Of a DNA stretch of 64,000 bases, positions 37,520 to 47,011 are shown piece by piece (positions within the stretch are counted from its first letter, which is position 1; each line of letters begins with the position of its first letter). The stretch spans positions 5,045 to 69,044 of the forward strand of contig CAVLDN010000004.1 in assembly GCA_963661975.1 (NCBI GenBank), in the 5' to 3' direction. A model generated the notes under the pieces. That model had not been told where the DNA came from, did no database searches, and saw nothing but the letters and a program-made list of their open reading frames with translations. Source of the stretch: a bacterium (lineage in GTDB: Bacteria > Bacillota > Clostridia > Oscillospirales > CAG-382). The position numbers were made by a program, and so were the translations under genes.

Positions 37520-37849
37520 TCAGTCGGTGATGTACGGAATAAGTGCGAGATGTCTTGCCCTCTTGACGGCTATGGTGAGCTGTCTCTGGTGACGGGCACA
37601 GGTGCCGGTCACTCTGCGGGGAAGAATCTTTGCGCGCTCGGAAAGATTCTTTCTTATACGAGCGGTATCCTTATAATCGATATAATCGATCTTATCGGCG
37701 CAGAAAGCGCAGACTTTTTTTCTTCTCTTGTTACGGAAGGGAGCCTTTGCATCGCGTTCGCGGGGCTCTCTGGTTTCCCTGACTTCGCTCTGCTGTTCAG
37801 CGGGAGCTGCGGCAACTTCTTCAGTAACAACGACCTGTTCGTTATCCAT
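37520..37849 (-). CDS. rpsR: 30S ribosomal protein S18 (with acidic/low-complexity N-terminal extension)
   Basis: Trimmed to ATG 37849 (AAGGAGGA RBS). Conserved core [15 protein letters not shown]...[26 protein letters not shown]. Confidence 0.9.
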   Translation of the reverse strand: MDNEQVVVTEEVAAAPAEQQSEVRETREPRERDAKAPFRNKRRKKVCAFCADKIDYIDYKDTARIRKNLSERAKILPRRVTGTCARHQRQLTIAVKRARHLALIPYITD

Positions 37850-37871
37850 TTTTTCCTCCTTAAAAGAATAA

Positions 37872-38306
37872 TCAGAAGGGCAGTTCATCGTCCGCGGAAA
37901 TATCCTCGAACCCAGAATCTGCCGTAGGGGTGCTGTAAGCGGGAACGGCGTTCTGTGCCGGTGCGGGCGCAGATGCGCCGTCGGCCTTGCGATCCACAAA
38001 AGTTACTTCATCCGCTACGATTTCGGTGGCATAATGCTTTACATTGTTGTTGTCTGTCCAATTTCTGTTCTGAAGCTGACCGGACACGAGTACCGGTCTG
38101 CCCTTCGTGAAGAAACGGGAAACAAACTCAGCCGTTTGACGCCAGCATACGATATCGAAGAAATCGGTCTGCGGCTGTTCGCCCTGGCGGGTAAATCTGC
38201 GGTTCACGGCAATGCTGAAGCGGGTTACCGAAACACCGTTCGGAGTGGTTTTCAATTCGGGATCTTTTACAAGGTTTCCGACAAGGATTACTTTGTTGAA
38301 CGCCAT
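37872..38306 (-). CDS. ssb: single-stranded DNA-binding protein
   Basis: [19 protein letters not shown]-fold N-terminus and the acidic C-terminal tip DDELPF. Confidence 0.95.
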   Translation of the reverse strand: MAFNKVILVGNLVKDPELKTTPNGVSVTRFSIAVNRRFTRQGEQPQTDFFDIVCWRQTAEFVSRFFTKGRPVLVSGQLQNRNWTDNNNVKHYATEIVADEVTFVDRKADGASAPAPAQNAVPAYSTPTADSGFEDISADDELPF

Positions 38307-38339
38307 GATTTTTACCTCACTTATGAATGGTGGTACGCT

Positions 38340-38636
38340 TTACTCTTCGCATCTTACGATGAGCGAACGAAGAATACCGTCGGTGATGTTATAAATTCTG
38401 TCAAGCTCGGCGGGGAATGCGGGTTCCGACGCAAATTTGACGAGAACATAATAACCTTCGGTAAGATCTTCGATGGGGTACGCGAATTTTCTGTTGCCCC
38501 ACTCATTGAGAGTTTCAACGGTTGCGTTGGATTCAATGAGAGAAACAAACTTGCCGACAATGCCCTTAACGGCTTCATCGCCGAGAGCGGTGTTGACAAC
38601 GAAAATAGTTTCGTACTTGTTTTTCTGCTCCATCAT
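38340..38636 (-). CDS. rpsF: 30S ribosomal protein S6
   Basis: Trimmed to ATG 38636 (or 38633), downstream of a GAAGGAGGTG RBS. Sequence YETIFVV...EWG.RKFAYPI. Confidence 0.9.
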   Translation of the reverse strand: MMEQKNKYETIFVVNTALGDEAVKGIVGKFVSLIESNATVETLNEWGNRKFAYPIEDLTEGYYVLVKFASEPAFPAELDRIYNITDGILRSLIVRCEE

Positions 38637-38711
38637 TTTACACCTCCTTCTGGACTTTGACCGCGGTTTGTGCCGCGGTAAGGAGAAAACCATAAGTTTT
38701 CATTCTTTTTG

Positions 38712-38740
38712 ATTATAGCACACCCGTGCGGGTATGTCAA
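38712..38740 (-). promoter_or_regulatory. consensus sigA promoter of rpsF-ssb-rpsR
   Basis: Minus strand reads TTGACA-17 nt-TATAAT. This leaves a ~70-nt leader. Confidence 0.8.
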
Positions 38741-38755
38741 CAAATTTTTTATCCG

Positions 38756-39904
38756 TCAGTTCGTTTCTTTGAGCTGATTATAGCGCTTCAAAAGCCTGCG
38801 GATGCGTGCCGTGCAATCGAGCAGCGGGGAAATGGATTCGTCGAAATTGAGTGTGGAAAGTATTTTTGCAATAAATTTCGACATATCGACAAGCTCGAAC
38901 CACGGCCTTGAAAGCAATTCGGGGGAAACGTATGTAAGGTTGGTGGAATAAAGCTTCGTGAGCTTGCCTTCTTCGTAGAGCTTATCGAATTTTTCGAGTC
39001 CTTCGGTGAAGAACGCAAATGTCGTCGCGGCATAAACATCGGTGACATTCTGCTTCTGCACTTCGTTTATGACCTCTATAACTGAGCCGCCGGAGGCGAT
39101 CATGTCATCGATGATAAGAACACGCTTGCCGTCGAGCGGGCCGCCGATATATTCGTGCTGAACGATCGGGTTTTTGCCGTTGACGATGCGGGTATGGTCT
39201 CTTCTCTTATAGAACATACCGACATCAAGCCCGAGAACGTTTGCATAATAAAGCGCGCGGTCCATAGCACCGGTATCGGGGCTGATGACAGTCATGTTGT
39301 CCTTGAATATATCGTCGCCTTCGTTCTGTATAAAGCGTTTGAGCATTGAATAGGTGGGGAAGATGTTTTCGAACGATGTGCTCGGAATAGCGTTGTATAT
39401 CGTGGAATCGTGTGCATCAAAGGTAAGTATGCAGTCAACGCCGAGATTCTGAAGCTGTTCGAGCGATTGTGCGCAATCGAGTGATTCGCGGCCTTTTCTC
39501 TTGTGCTGGCGGGAGGAATAAAGCAGCGGCATCATCACCGTTACTCTGTTGGCTTTGCCGCCGATAGCGGAAAGGACACGTTCAATATCGCGGAAATGCT
39601 CGTCCGGACCCATGCGGTTTTCGTAACCGAAAAGGTTGTAAGTGCAGTTGTAATTGCCGATATCGCAAAGAATATATATATCCTTGCCACGGACCGAATC
39701 ACAAATTTTGACTTTGCCCTCGCCATTGTTGAAGCGTACCTCTTCGATAGGGATGATATAACTTTCGCCGTTTTCTTCATTACGAAGCTGACGGATGAAC
39801 TGATCCACTTCTGCACCGAGCTGCTTGCAGCTCTGCATAACAATCAGCCCCATCCTGCCGTGAATGGGATTCTGCGCCATTTTCAAATACTCCTCTGCTT
39901 TCAT
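38756..39904 (-). CDS. prs: ribose-phosphate diphosphokinase (long, 382-aa form)
   Basis: Prs-like fold with the PRPP motif VLIIDDMIASGGS and Prs-type N-terminal domain features. Confidence 0.8.
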   Translation of the reverse strand: MKAEEYLKMAQNPIHGRMGLIVMQSCKQLGAEVDQFIRQLRNEENGESYIIPIEEVRFNNGEGKVKICDSVRGKDIYILCDIGNYNCTYNLFGYENRMGPDEHFRDIERVLSAIGGKANRVTVMMPLLYSSRQHKRKGRESLDCAQSLEQLQNLGVDCILTFDAHDSTIYNAIPSTSFENIFPTYSMLKRFIQNEGDDIFKDNMTVISPDTGAMDRALYYANVLGLDVGMFYKRRDHTRIVNGKNPIVQHEYIGGPLDGKRVLIIDDMIASGGSVIEVINEVQKQNVTDVYAATTFAFFTEGLEKFDKLYEEGKLTKLYSTNLTYVSPELLSRPWFELVDMSKFIAKILSTLNFDESISPLLDCTARIRRLLKRYNQLKETN

Positions 39905-40045
39905 GCAAAAATTTGCATATACATTTTATAGTAAAATCGGGCTTTTGTATATTGACTAATTGTACAAAATGCAATTCCTTTTTCGTGCAAAATGAAGAAA
40001 ATCGTCAAAACGGCCCGAAATCGTGCACCGACTGAAACAAAATGA

Positions 40046-40074
40046 TTGACACGGCGGCAACGATATGATATACT
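40046..40074 (+). promoter_or_regulatory. sigA-type promoter of recA
   Basis: TTGACA-17 nt-TATACT with TGn extended -10. Confidence 0.75.
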
Positions 40075-40079
40075 CAAAA

Positions 40080-40093
40080 AGAACAAAAGTTCG
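40080..40093 (+). promoter_or_regulatory. LexA operator (Cheo/SOS box)
   Basis: AGAACAAAAGTTCG matches the Gram-positive consensus CGAAC-N4-GTTCG. It sits 5 nt after the -10 hexamer and 17 nt before the recA ATG. Confidence 0.85.
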
Positions 40094-40109
40094 TATGGAG
40101 GAACATATC

Positions 40110-41165
40110 ATGGCAACGAAGGACAGTAAGCAGCTCGCGCTCGAAACCGCTCTTGCTCAGATCGAAAAGAAATGCGGCAAGGGGTCGATAATGCGTCTCG
40201 GCGAAAATTCAAGAATGGAGATAAAAAGCGTGCCCACCGGTTCGCTGTCGCTTGATATTGCGCTCGGCATCGGCGGCGTTCCGCGCGGCAGAATAATCGA
40301 AATATTCGGCCCGGAATCTTCCGGTAAAACTACTCTTGCTCTCCATATCGTGGCAGAAGTGCAGAAATCCGGCGGAGAAGCGGCATTTATCGATGCGGAA
40401 CACGCATTGGATCCCGTTTATGCCCATGCACTCGGCGTAGATACCGATTCACTGCTTGTCTCTCAGCCCGACGACGGCGAACAGGCACTTGAAATAACGG
40501 AAGCACTTGTGCGCTCCGGCGCAGTGGAGGTCGTTGTTGTTGACTCAGTCGCAGCGCTTGTTCCGAAGAGCGAAATCGACGGCGACATGGGCGACTCACA
40601 TGTCGGCCTTCATGCAAGGCTTATGTCGCAGGCGCTTCGCAAGCTTTCCGGTGCGATCGCAAAGTCGAACTGCATTGTCATATTCATAAATCAGCTGCGC
40701 GAAAAAGTCGGCGTGGTCTACGGCAACCCGGAGGTGACGACCGGCGGCAGAGCACTGAAATTCTATGCGTCCGTCCGTCTTGATGTACGCAAATCCGAAC
40801 AGCTCAAAAACGGCAGCGATGTTATCGGCAATCATGTAAAATGCAAGGTTGTAAAGAACAAGGTCGCACCGCCCTTCCGCACGGCTGAATTCGATATTAT
40901 ATACGGTAAAGGCATATCCAAAGAAAGCGAGATCATAGAGCTCGGCATTGCAAACGGCATTATTGAAAAGAGCGGTTCGTGGCTTTCCTACAACGGCGAA
41001 AAACTCGGGCAGGGCAAGGATAAGGTCCGTATGCTTCTTGAAGAGGACAAGCCGCTTGCCGAAGAAATTTGCGAAAAGATCATGGCTGCCGCAAACGGCG
41101 GTAATGTTCCCGCGCATGAAGAACCCGTGAGCGCCGACAGTCTTTTCGATGAAGACGCGGAATAA
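40110..41165 (+). CDS. recA: recombinase RecA
   Basis: Trimmed to ATG 40110 (GGAGG RBS). [22 protein letters not shown], Walker [10 protein letters not shown], and the rest of the sequence is RecA-like throughout. Confidence 0.97.
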   Translation: MATKDSKQLALETALAQIEKKCGKGSIMRLGENSRMEIKSVPTGSLSLDIALGIGGVPRGRIIEIFGPESSGKTTLALHIVAEVQKSGGEAAFIDAEHALDPVYAHALGVDTDSLLVSQPDDGEQALEITEALVRSGAVEVVVVDSVAALVPKSEIDGDMGDSHVGLHARLMSQALRKLSGAIAKSNCIVIFINQLREKVGVVYGNPEVTTGGRALKFYASVRLDVRKSEQLKNGSDVIGNHVKCKVVKNKVAPPFRTAEFDIIYGKGISKESEIIELGIANGIIEKSGSWLSYNGEKLGQGKDKVRMLLEEDKPLAEEICEKIMAAANGGNVPAHEEPVSADSLFDEDAE

Positions 41166-41171
41166 TCCGTA

Positions 41172-41789
41172 ATGAAGATTACCTGCATTATCCGTGCCGG
41201 CGAATCAAAGGAAGTTACCGTTTCCTTGCCGTGTGAATCGTTTCTGATTACGCTGCACGATTTCGAAACACTCGGGGTAGCCGAGGGTGACGAAGTCGAT
41301 GAAGAGCTTTACGGAAGGCTTGCGGAATGTGAGGAACGCCTGAAATGCATAAAAAAGGCATTTGATTATCTTTCCTACGGCGATCTTTCCAAAAAGCAGC
41401 TTTCCGACAAACTGAAAAGAAAATTCCCTGCGGAGCTTTCCGCCGATGTTGCGGAGCTTTTTGAAAAGCGCGGCTATGTGAACGATGCAGAGCTTGCCAA
41501 GAGATATGCCGAAACCTTTTATGTTTTCAAAAACATGGGCGTGGGGCGCATCAGAAACGAGCTTTACCGCCGCGGCTTCGAAAGGAACGACATAGAGGAT
41601 GCGATATCCCCTTATGTAAACGAACCGCAGAAGGAACGGATAATAGAGTTTATAAATAAAAAATATGATACCTCCCTTATTTCGGACCGCAAATACCGCA
41701 ACAAGGTCTATTCGGGTGCGATACGGGCGGGGTTCCCCTCCGACGAGATCGCGGAGGTATTGAGAAATTTTGAAAGTGAGTCATATTGA
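41172..41789 (+). CDS. recX: RecA regulator RecX
   Basis: 205 aa directly after recA. Repeated helical RecX-type modules (KAFDYLSYGDLSKKQL, LFEKRGYVNDAELA). Confidence 0.75.
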   Translation: MKITCIIRAGESKEVTVSLPCESFLITLHDFETLGVAEGDEVDEELYGRLAECEERLKCIKKAFDYLSYGDLSKKQLSDKLKRKFPAELSADVAELFEKRGYVNDAELAKRYAETFYVFKNMGVGRIRNELYRRGFERNDIEDAISPYVNEPQKERIIEFINKKYDTSLISDRKYRNKVYSGAIRAGFPSDEIAEVLRNFESESY

Positions 41790-43127
41790 ATGGCAATTAA
41801 GGTTGGATTTGTTTCGTTGGGATGCCCCAAAAATCTTCTGAACACAGAGGTCATGCTCGCCAAGCTTGTCAATCACGGCATGGAACTTGTGGCTGAGGAT
41901 ATCGAAGCCGATGTCATAGTTATAAATACCTGCGCCTTTATCGAAAGCGCCAAAAACGAAGCCATCGAGAATATTCTTGATATCGCATGGCTGAAAAAGA
42001 ACCGTTCGCTCAAAGGCATTGTCGTGACCGGATGCCTTCCGCAAAGGTACCGCGATGAAATATTCAAGGAAATGCCGGAAGTTAACTGTATTCTCGGCAC
42101 AGGTTCTCTTGATGATATCTGCGAAGCCGTGGAAATCGCATATAAAGGCGGCAAGTACAGCAGCTTCGGCGATATTGATAAGGTTGCTCTCGGCGGCGAA
42201 CGCGTTGTCACCACACCGGAATATTTTGCCTATGTGCAGATAGCCGAAGGCTGCGATAATTTCTGCTCATATTGCGTTATCCCCTCGATACGCGGTCGTT
42301 TCAGAAGCAGAAATATGACTGAAATAGTCGATGAAGTAAAGGATCTTGTTTCTCTCGGCGTTCGCGAAGTCTGCCTTGTCGCACAGGATACCACACGCTA
42401 CGGCGAGGATATTTACGGTACGTATGCTCTTGACAGCCTTATAGAAGAAATATCGAAAATCGACGAGATTAAGTGGATCAGAGTTCTTTATTGCTATCCC
42501 GACAGAATTACGGATGGGCTTATCGAAGAATTCAAGACAAACGACAAGCTGCTCAAATACATCGACATGCCCATTCAGCATATCGACGACGACATTCTTT
42601 CGGCGATGAATCGCCGCGATACCTCTGCCGGAATAAAGGACGTTATAGAAAAGCTCCGCCGCGAAATACCCGGCATCGTTATCAGAACGACGGTCATTGT
42701 CGGATTCCCCGGTGAGACCGAAAAACAGTATAAAGAACTGCGCGATTTCATAAAGGCAACAAAATTCGAAAGGCTCGGAGTTTTCGAATATTCGCGCGAG
42801 GAAGGAACGCCGGCTTACGATATGCCGAATCAGGTTCCCGAATCGGTGAAAAAGAAGCGCATGGAAGCGATAATGAGCGATCAGAATCGTATCCACAATG
42901 ATTACAATGCGCACTTTGTGGGAAGCGAGCTTGAAGTCATTTGCGAAGGCTACGACGAGGTTTCCGAATCGTTTTACGGCAGATCCTACGCCGATGCGCC
43001 GGATATTGACGGAAAAGTATATTTTTCCGCGCCGAGGCGCGTGCGTGACGGGGAATTTGTGAAGGTCGCGATAACCGAAGTGCTTGACTATGATCTCGTC
43101 GGCAAGTTGACGGAGGAATCGGTATGA
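41790..43127 (+). CDS. rimO: ribosomal protein S12 methylthiotransferase
   Basis: MTTase N-domain (VSLGCPKN), radical-SAM CxxxCxxC (CDNFCSYC), and a C-terminal TRAM domain. Confidence 0.9.
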   Translation: MAIKVGFVSLGCPKNLLNTEVMLAKLVNHGMELVAEDIEADVIVINTCAFIESAKNEAIENILDIAWLKKNRSLKGIVVTGCLPQRYRDEIFKEMPEVNCILGTGSLDDICEAVEIAYKGGKYSSFGDIDKVALGGERVVTTPEYFAYVQIAEGCDNFCSYCVIPSIRGRFRSRNMTEIVDEVKDLVSLGVREVCLVAQDTTRYGEDIYGTYALDSLIEEISKIDEIKWIRVLYCYPDRITDGLIEEFKTNDKLLKYIDMPIQHIDDDILSAMNRRDTSAGIKDVIEKLRREIPGIVIRTTVIVGFPGETEKQYKELRDFIKATKFERLGVFEYSREEGTPAYDMPNQVPESVKKKRMEAIMSDQNRIHNDYNAHFVGSELEVICEGYDEVSESFYGRSYADAPDIDGKVYFSAPRRVRDGEFVKVAITEVLDYDLVGKLTEESV

Positions 43128-43741
43128 ATCTCCCGAACAAGCTTACAATAGGGCGCATCTGTATAATCCCGTTCTTCGTATTCTTCCTTGCATATAATGT
43201 TTTCGAGGATCCGAACACCGGGCGGATAATCGCCGCGTCATTGTTTATCCTCGCATCGGTGACGGATTTTCTCGACGGACACATAGCACGTTCCCGTAAT
43301 CTTATTACCGATTTCGGAAAGTTTATGGATCCGCTTGCCGACAAGTTTCTTATACTCGGCGCCATGTTCGCGGTTTGCTTTTCGTGCTATATCTTTGATT
43401 ATGCATCTGCGGGGATGGAAACAATTGTTTCCGCCGATATAATCAGACAGGTGTTTTTCTGGGCGGCGATAGTGGTTGTTTTCCGTGAACTTGCGGTCAC
43501 ATCGATGCGGCTGGTTGTCGCAAAAAGTTCGGGCGCCGTCATTGCGGCAAGCTACCTCGGCAAGATCAAAACGAATACTCAGATATTCTGCCTTTGCTTT
43601 GTCATGCTCGAGCCGGTGCTGTTCCCGTTCTGCAAGGGTGTTCTGACACTCGTTTCCACCGCACTGATGCTCGTTTTCACCGTTCTTTCCGGAGTTAATT
43701 ATATCCGCACCTATTGGAAATATATCGATACGAACAAGTAA
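43124..43741 (+). CDS. pgsA: CDP-diacylglycerol--glycerol-3-phosphate 3-phosphatidyltransferase
   Basis: CDP-alcohol phosphatidyltransferase motif DFLDGHIARSRNLITDFGKFMDPLADK. ATGA overlap with rimO. Confidence 0.85.
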   Translation: MNLPNKLTIGRICIIPFFVFFLAYNVFEDPNTGRIIAASLFILASVTDFLDGHIARSRNLITDFGKFMDPLADKFLILGAMFAVCFSCYIFDYASAGMETIVSADIIRQVFFWAAIVVVFRELAVTSMRLVVAKSSGAVIAASYLGKIKTNTQIFCLCFVMLEPVLFPFCKGVLTLVSTALMLVFTVLSGVNYIRTYWKYIDTNK

Positions 43742-43753
43742 GAGGAATCATTT

Positions 43754-45145
43754 ATGAAGCTTTTTAATACACTCACGCGGAGCAAGGAAGAGCTTGTTGT
43801 CCGCGACGGGCAGATACGCATGTATGTTTGCGGCCCTACCGTATACAATTACTTCCATATCGGCAACGCGAGATGCTTTGTTGTTTTCGATATGATGCGC
43901 AGATATCTTGAATATTGCGGTAACAAAGTCACCTATGTGCAGAACTTCACGGATGTGGATGACAAACTCATACGCGCAGCCCGCGAAAACAGCACTACCG
44001 TTCCCGAAATTGCCGAAAAATACATAAAAGAATATTTTGTCGATGCGCACGGTTTGGGTGTTCATGATGCAACATTTCATCCCCGTGCAACGCAGAATAT
44101 TGATAAGATTATCGAGATTGTGGAAAAGCTCATCGAAAACGGTCATGCCTATGTTTCCGGAAACGATGTCTATTTTGACTCGCAGAGCGACAGTGCATAC
44201 GGAAAGCTGTCGCACCACAACATGGACGAGCTTGAAGCCGGTGCGCGTATCGATGTGAGCGATGTCAAGAAGCATCCTTACGATTTTGCTTTGTGGAAAG
44301 GCAAAAAGGAACCCGATGAAATTTCATGGCAATCCCCTTGGGGCGAAGGCAGACCGGGGTGGCATATAGAATGCTCGGCGATGGTCAATAAATATCTCGG
44401 CACCGATATAGACATTCACGGCGGCGGGGTTGACCTCATCTTCCCGCACCATGAAAACGAGATCGCACAAAGTGAATGTGCAACGGGCTGCACACTCGCG
44501 CGTTTTTGGTGCCATAACGGGCATATAAATGTCGACAACAAAAAGATGAGCAAGTCCGCGGGCAATTTTTTCCTTGTGCGCGATGCTGCGGCGAAATTCG
44601 GGTACAAAGCCGTGAGGTTCTTTCTGCTTTCCGCGCATTACAGAACGCCGATCAATTACACCTCGGACATCCTCATGCAGGCGCAGGCAGCGGTTGAAAG
44701 GCTTTCAAATTGTATCGGCAGCATAGATTTTGCACGCAAAAATGCCCGCGAAGGTCTGAGCGATGCGGAAGAAAAGAGCATGCGCTTTATCGAGGGCAAA
44801 AAAGCCGAATTTATTGCCGCAATGGACGATGATCTGAATACCGCCGACGCAATAGGCTTCATTTTCGAAATGACGCGCGACATAAATACGGTTGTTGCGA
44901 ACGGCGCGAGCAGGGAATACCTTGATTTTGTCGAGGAAAACTATGTATCTCTCTGCGAACTTCTCGGGTTCGGCAGAGAAACCGAAAGCGGCGATGTTTC
45001 TCATATCGAAGAATTGATCGCCGAACGCACGGAAGCAAAGAAAAATAAGGATTACGCCCGTGCCGATGCGATCAGAAACGAATTGAAGGAACAGGGAATC
45101 ATTCTCGAAGACACGCCTCAGGGTGTAAAATGGAAAAGAGCTTAG
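43754..45145 (+). CDS. cysS: cysteine--tRNA ligase
   Basis: HIGN motif (YFHIGNARC), KMSKS, and CysRS-specific WHIECS. Confidence 0.95.
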   Translation: MKLFNTLTRSKEELVVRDGQIRMYVCGPTVYNYFHIGNARCFVVFDMMRRYLEYCGNKVTYVQNFTDVDDKLIRAARENSTTVPEIAEKYIKEYFVDAHGLGVHDATFHPRATQNIDKIIEIVEKLIENGHAYVSGNDVYFDSQSDSAYGKLSHHNMDELEAGARIDVSDVKKHPYDFALWKGKKEPDEISWQSPWGEGRPGWHIECSAMVNKYLGTDIDIHGGGVDLIFPHHENEIAQSECATGCTLARFWCHNGHINVDNKKMSKSAGNFFLVRDAAAKFGYKAVRFFLLSAHYRTPINYTSDILMQAQAAVERLSNCIGSIDFARKNAREGLSDAEEKSMRFIEGKKAEFIAAMDDDLNTADAIGFIFEMTRDINTVVANGASREYLDFVEENYVSLCELLGFGRETESGDVSHIEELIAERTEAKKNKDYARADAIRNELKEQGIILEDTPQGVKWKRA

Positions 45146-45537
45146 AGTTTATAAAGCGTAATTACAGTCCGCTTGTACTTGCTTACCTCGGCGATTCGTT
45201 TTTTGAGCTGATCGCCAGGGAAAAGCTTATAGCGGACGGTAATACCACTGTTGCCAGATTAAACGAATCCGCAAAGATATATGTTACAGCCGTTTCGCAA
45301 AGTCGAATGGCAGGTGCAATCATGGATTCGCTCAACGAAACCGAGATGTGGTTTTACAAAACCGGAAGGAACACTAAAAACACACATCATTCGAGAAGCG
45401 CGCTTACCATAGAATACAGGCGCGCCACGGGGCTTGAATGTCTGTACGGGTATCTTTACCTTGCAGGTAAGGAGGATCGCGCACGGGAGTTGTTCGAGCT
45501 TGCGGCAAATGCCACGGAAGGAGCAGAAAATGACTGA
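45130..45537 (+). CDS. mrnC: Mini-ribonuclease 3
   Basis: LVLAYLGDSFFEL RNase III signature in a 135-aa protein. Lies downstream of cysS, as in Bacillus. Overlaps cysS by 16 nt. Confidence 0.85.
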   Translation: MEKSLEFIKRNYSPLVLAYLGDSFFELIAREKLIADGNTTVARLNESAKIYVTAVSQSRMAGAIMDSLNETEMWFYKTGRNTKNTHHSRSALTIEYRRATGLECLYGYLYLAGKEDRARELFELAANATEGAEND

Positions 45538-46138
45538 ACTCAGCACGAAAGAGCGTCTTATTTTCGAATTTATAAGCGATTGCCTCGAAAAGGACGGATA
45601 TGCGCCGACTGTCAGGGATATTTGCTCCGCTCTCGGCATCAAATCGACATCATCGGTACATGATTATCTTCGCCGTCTTGAAACAAAGGGATATATTAAA
45701 AAATCATCCGGAAAGAGCCGCGCTCTTTCGATTGAAGCGGGAACAGGCGTAGAACCCGAAAAAATGAAAAAGATTCCGATACTCGGCCGTGTCGCAGCCG
45801 GCATACCGATACTTGCCGTTGAAAACTATGACGGATATGTCGATTTTCCGGCTTCTATGGCACGCGGAAAATCCAATTTGTTTGCCCTGCGTGTTATCGG
45901 AGAGAGCATGATCGAAGCGGGCATTTTCGACGGCGATATAGTTATTGTCGAAAGCCGCAGGTTCGCGGAAGACGGCGATATTATCGTCGCCATGATCGAT
46001 AACGAGGCGACTGTCAAACGCTTTTACCGCGACAACGGCAGGATCCGCCTGCAGCCCGCTAACCGAACTATGCAACCGATTTACAGCAGGGAAGTGACTG
46101 TACTCGGCAAAGTTATCGCAGATTTCCGATTTTATTGA
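45530..46138 (+). CDS. lexA: SOS repressor LexA
   Basis: Trimmed to ATG 45530. Winged-helix N-domain (YAPTVRDICSALGIKSTSSVHDYLRRLE), AAG cleavage region, S24 peptidase GESM...VKRF. Start overlaps the mrnC stop by 8 nt. Confidence 0.93.
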   Translation: MTELSTKERLIFEFISDCLEKDGYAPTVRDICSALGIKSTSSVHDYLRRLETKGYIKKSSGKSRALSIEAGTGVEPEKMKKIPILGRVAAGIPILAVENYDGYVDFPASMARGKSNLFALRVIGESMIEAGIFDGDIVIVESRRFAEDGDIIVAMIDNEATVKRFYRDNGRIRLQPANRTMQPIYSREVTVLGKVIADFRFY

Positions 46139-46187
46139 TATGAGATCTCCAACTGCCCGATTTCCCGATATTTTTTCGGCAAAACAC

Positions 46188-46216
46188 TTGACATCGGTCC
46201 GCCGATGTGGTATTCT
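46188..46216 (+). promoter_or_regulatory. sigA-type promoter of tRNA-Lys
   Basis: TTGACA-17 nt-TATTCT with TGn extended -10, located 19 nt upstream of the mature tRNA 5' end. Confidence 0.7.
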
Positions 46217-46234
46217 ATTCGAGCGGTTGCAGAC

Positions 46235-46310
46235 GATCCATTAGCTCAGCCGGTAGAGCACATGACTTTTAATCATGGTGTCCGGAGTTCGATTCTCCGA
46301 TGGATCACCA
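46235..46310 (+). tRNA. tRNA-Lys (anticodon UUU), CCA encoded
   Basis: Folded by hand. Acceptor GATCCAT/ATGGATC, D arm GCTC-AGCCGGTA-GAGC, anticodon arm CATGA-CTTTTAA-TCATG, T arm CGGAG-TTCGATT-CTCCG, then A-CCA. Confidence 0.95.
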
Positions 46311-46311
46311 A

Positions 46312-46342
46312 ACAGCCGAACACGCAAGTGTTCGGCTGTTTT
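46312..46342 (+). terminator. rho-independent terminator after tRNA-Lys
   Basis: ACAGCCGAACAC-gcaa-GTGTTCGGCTGT followed by TTTT. Confidence 0.9.
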
Positions 46343-46381
46343 CGTAATTTAATCCAATTTTATATAACAGGAGTTGCCCGT

Positions 46382-46987
46382 ATGCATTTCACCAAACGCG
46401 CAATTGCATTCCTACTGCTGCTTGCCTGCTTTTCGGCTCTTTGTGCCTGCAGCGGCGACGACACATCGGAAAACACTTCACAAGGAGAATCTGATATGAG
46501 TAATACCGTTTATGCGGAGATAACAATGGAAAACGGCGGTGTTATCAAGCTTGAGCTTTATCATGACATTGCCCCCATTACAGTCGAAAACTTTGTAAGC
46601 CTTTGCGACAGAAACTTTTATGACGGCCTGATATTCCACCGCGTTATCTCCGGATTTATGATCCAGGGCGGCGATCCGAACGGGAACGGTACCGGCGGTT
46701 CCGACAAGAATATAAAGGGCGAGTTCAGCGCAAACGGTGTTGAGAACAACCTTTCACATGAACGCGGTGTCATCTCCATGGCACGTGCGATGGCTCCCGA
46801 CAGCGCAAGCAGCCAATTCTTTATATGCCATGCCGACTCCGTATTCCTCGATGGCAATTACGCCGCGTTCGGCAAAGTAACCGAAGGCATGGATGTTGTA
46901 GATGCCATTGCCTCCGTCAGCACCGATTACAATGATAAGCCCATACAAGAACAGAAAATCAAAACAATCAGGATAACCGGAAGATAA
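46382..46987 (+). CDS. cyclophilin-type peptidyl-prolyl cis-trans isomerase, lipoprotein
   Basis: Trimmed to ATG 46382 (AGGAG RBS), because the longer ORF would read through the tRNA. Signal plus Cys (ALCACSG). Cyclophilin motifs [15 protein letters not shown] and SQFFI. Confidence 0.9.
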   Translation: MHFTKRAIAFLLLLACFSALCACSGDDTSENTSQGESDMSNTVYAEITMENGGVIKLELYHDIAPITVENFVSLCDRNFYDGLIFHRVISGFMIQGGDPNGNGTGGSDKNIKGEFSANGVENNLSHERGVISMARAMAPDSASSQFFICHADSVFLDGNYAAFGKVTEGMDVVDAIASVSTDYNDKPIQEQKIKTIRITGR

Positions 46988-47011
46988 CAAATCTTCTCCA
47001 TTGACCTCGCT

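Noticed and set aside
37850-37999. Upstream in-frame extensions of many ORF-track entries: S18, S6, recA, lexA, lon, murE, ABC-F, MsmK-like ATPase, kdgK, engB, the rlu gene, the FkbH-like gene and queG.
   Set aside because: In each case an internal ATG/GTG/TTG preceded by a GGAGG-like RBS reproduces the family-typical N-terminus. The longer forms overlap upstream genes, terminators or promoters.
39903-39918. An inverted repeat ATGCAAA-AA-TTTGCAT overlapping the prs start codon, as a possible operator.
   Set aside because: It is short and AT-rich and matches no operator consensus I know (it is not a PurBox). It could easily arise by chance.
46205-46381. The N-terminal part of ORF 46205-46987 and the N-terminal part of ORF 61180-62940.
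   Set aside because: These extensions read straight through tRNA-Lys plus its terminator, and through the SRP RNA. Proper starts with RBSs exist at 46382 and 61408.
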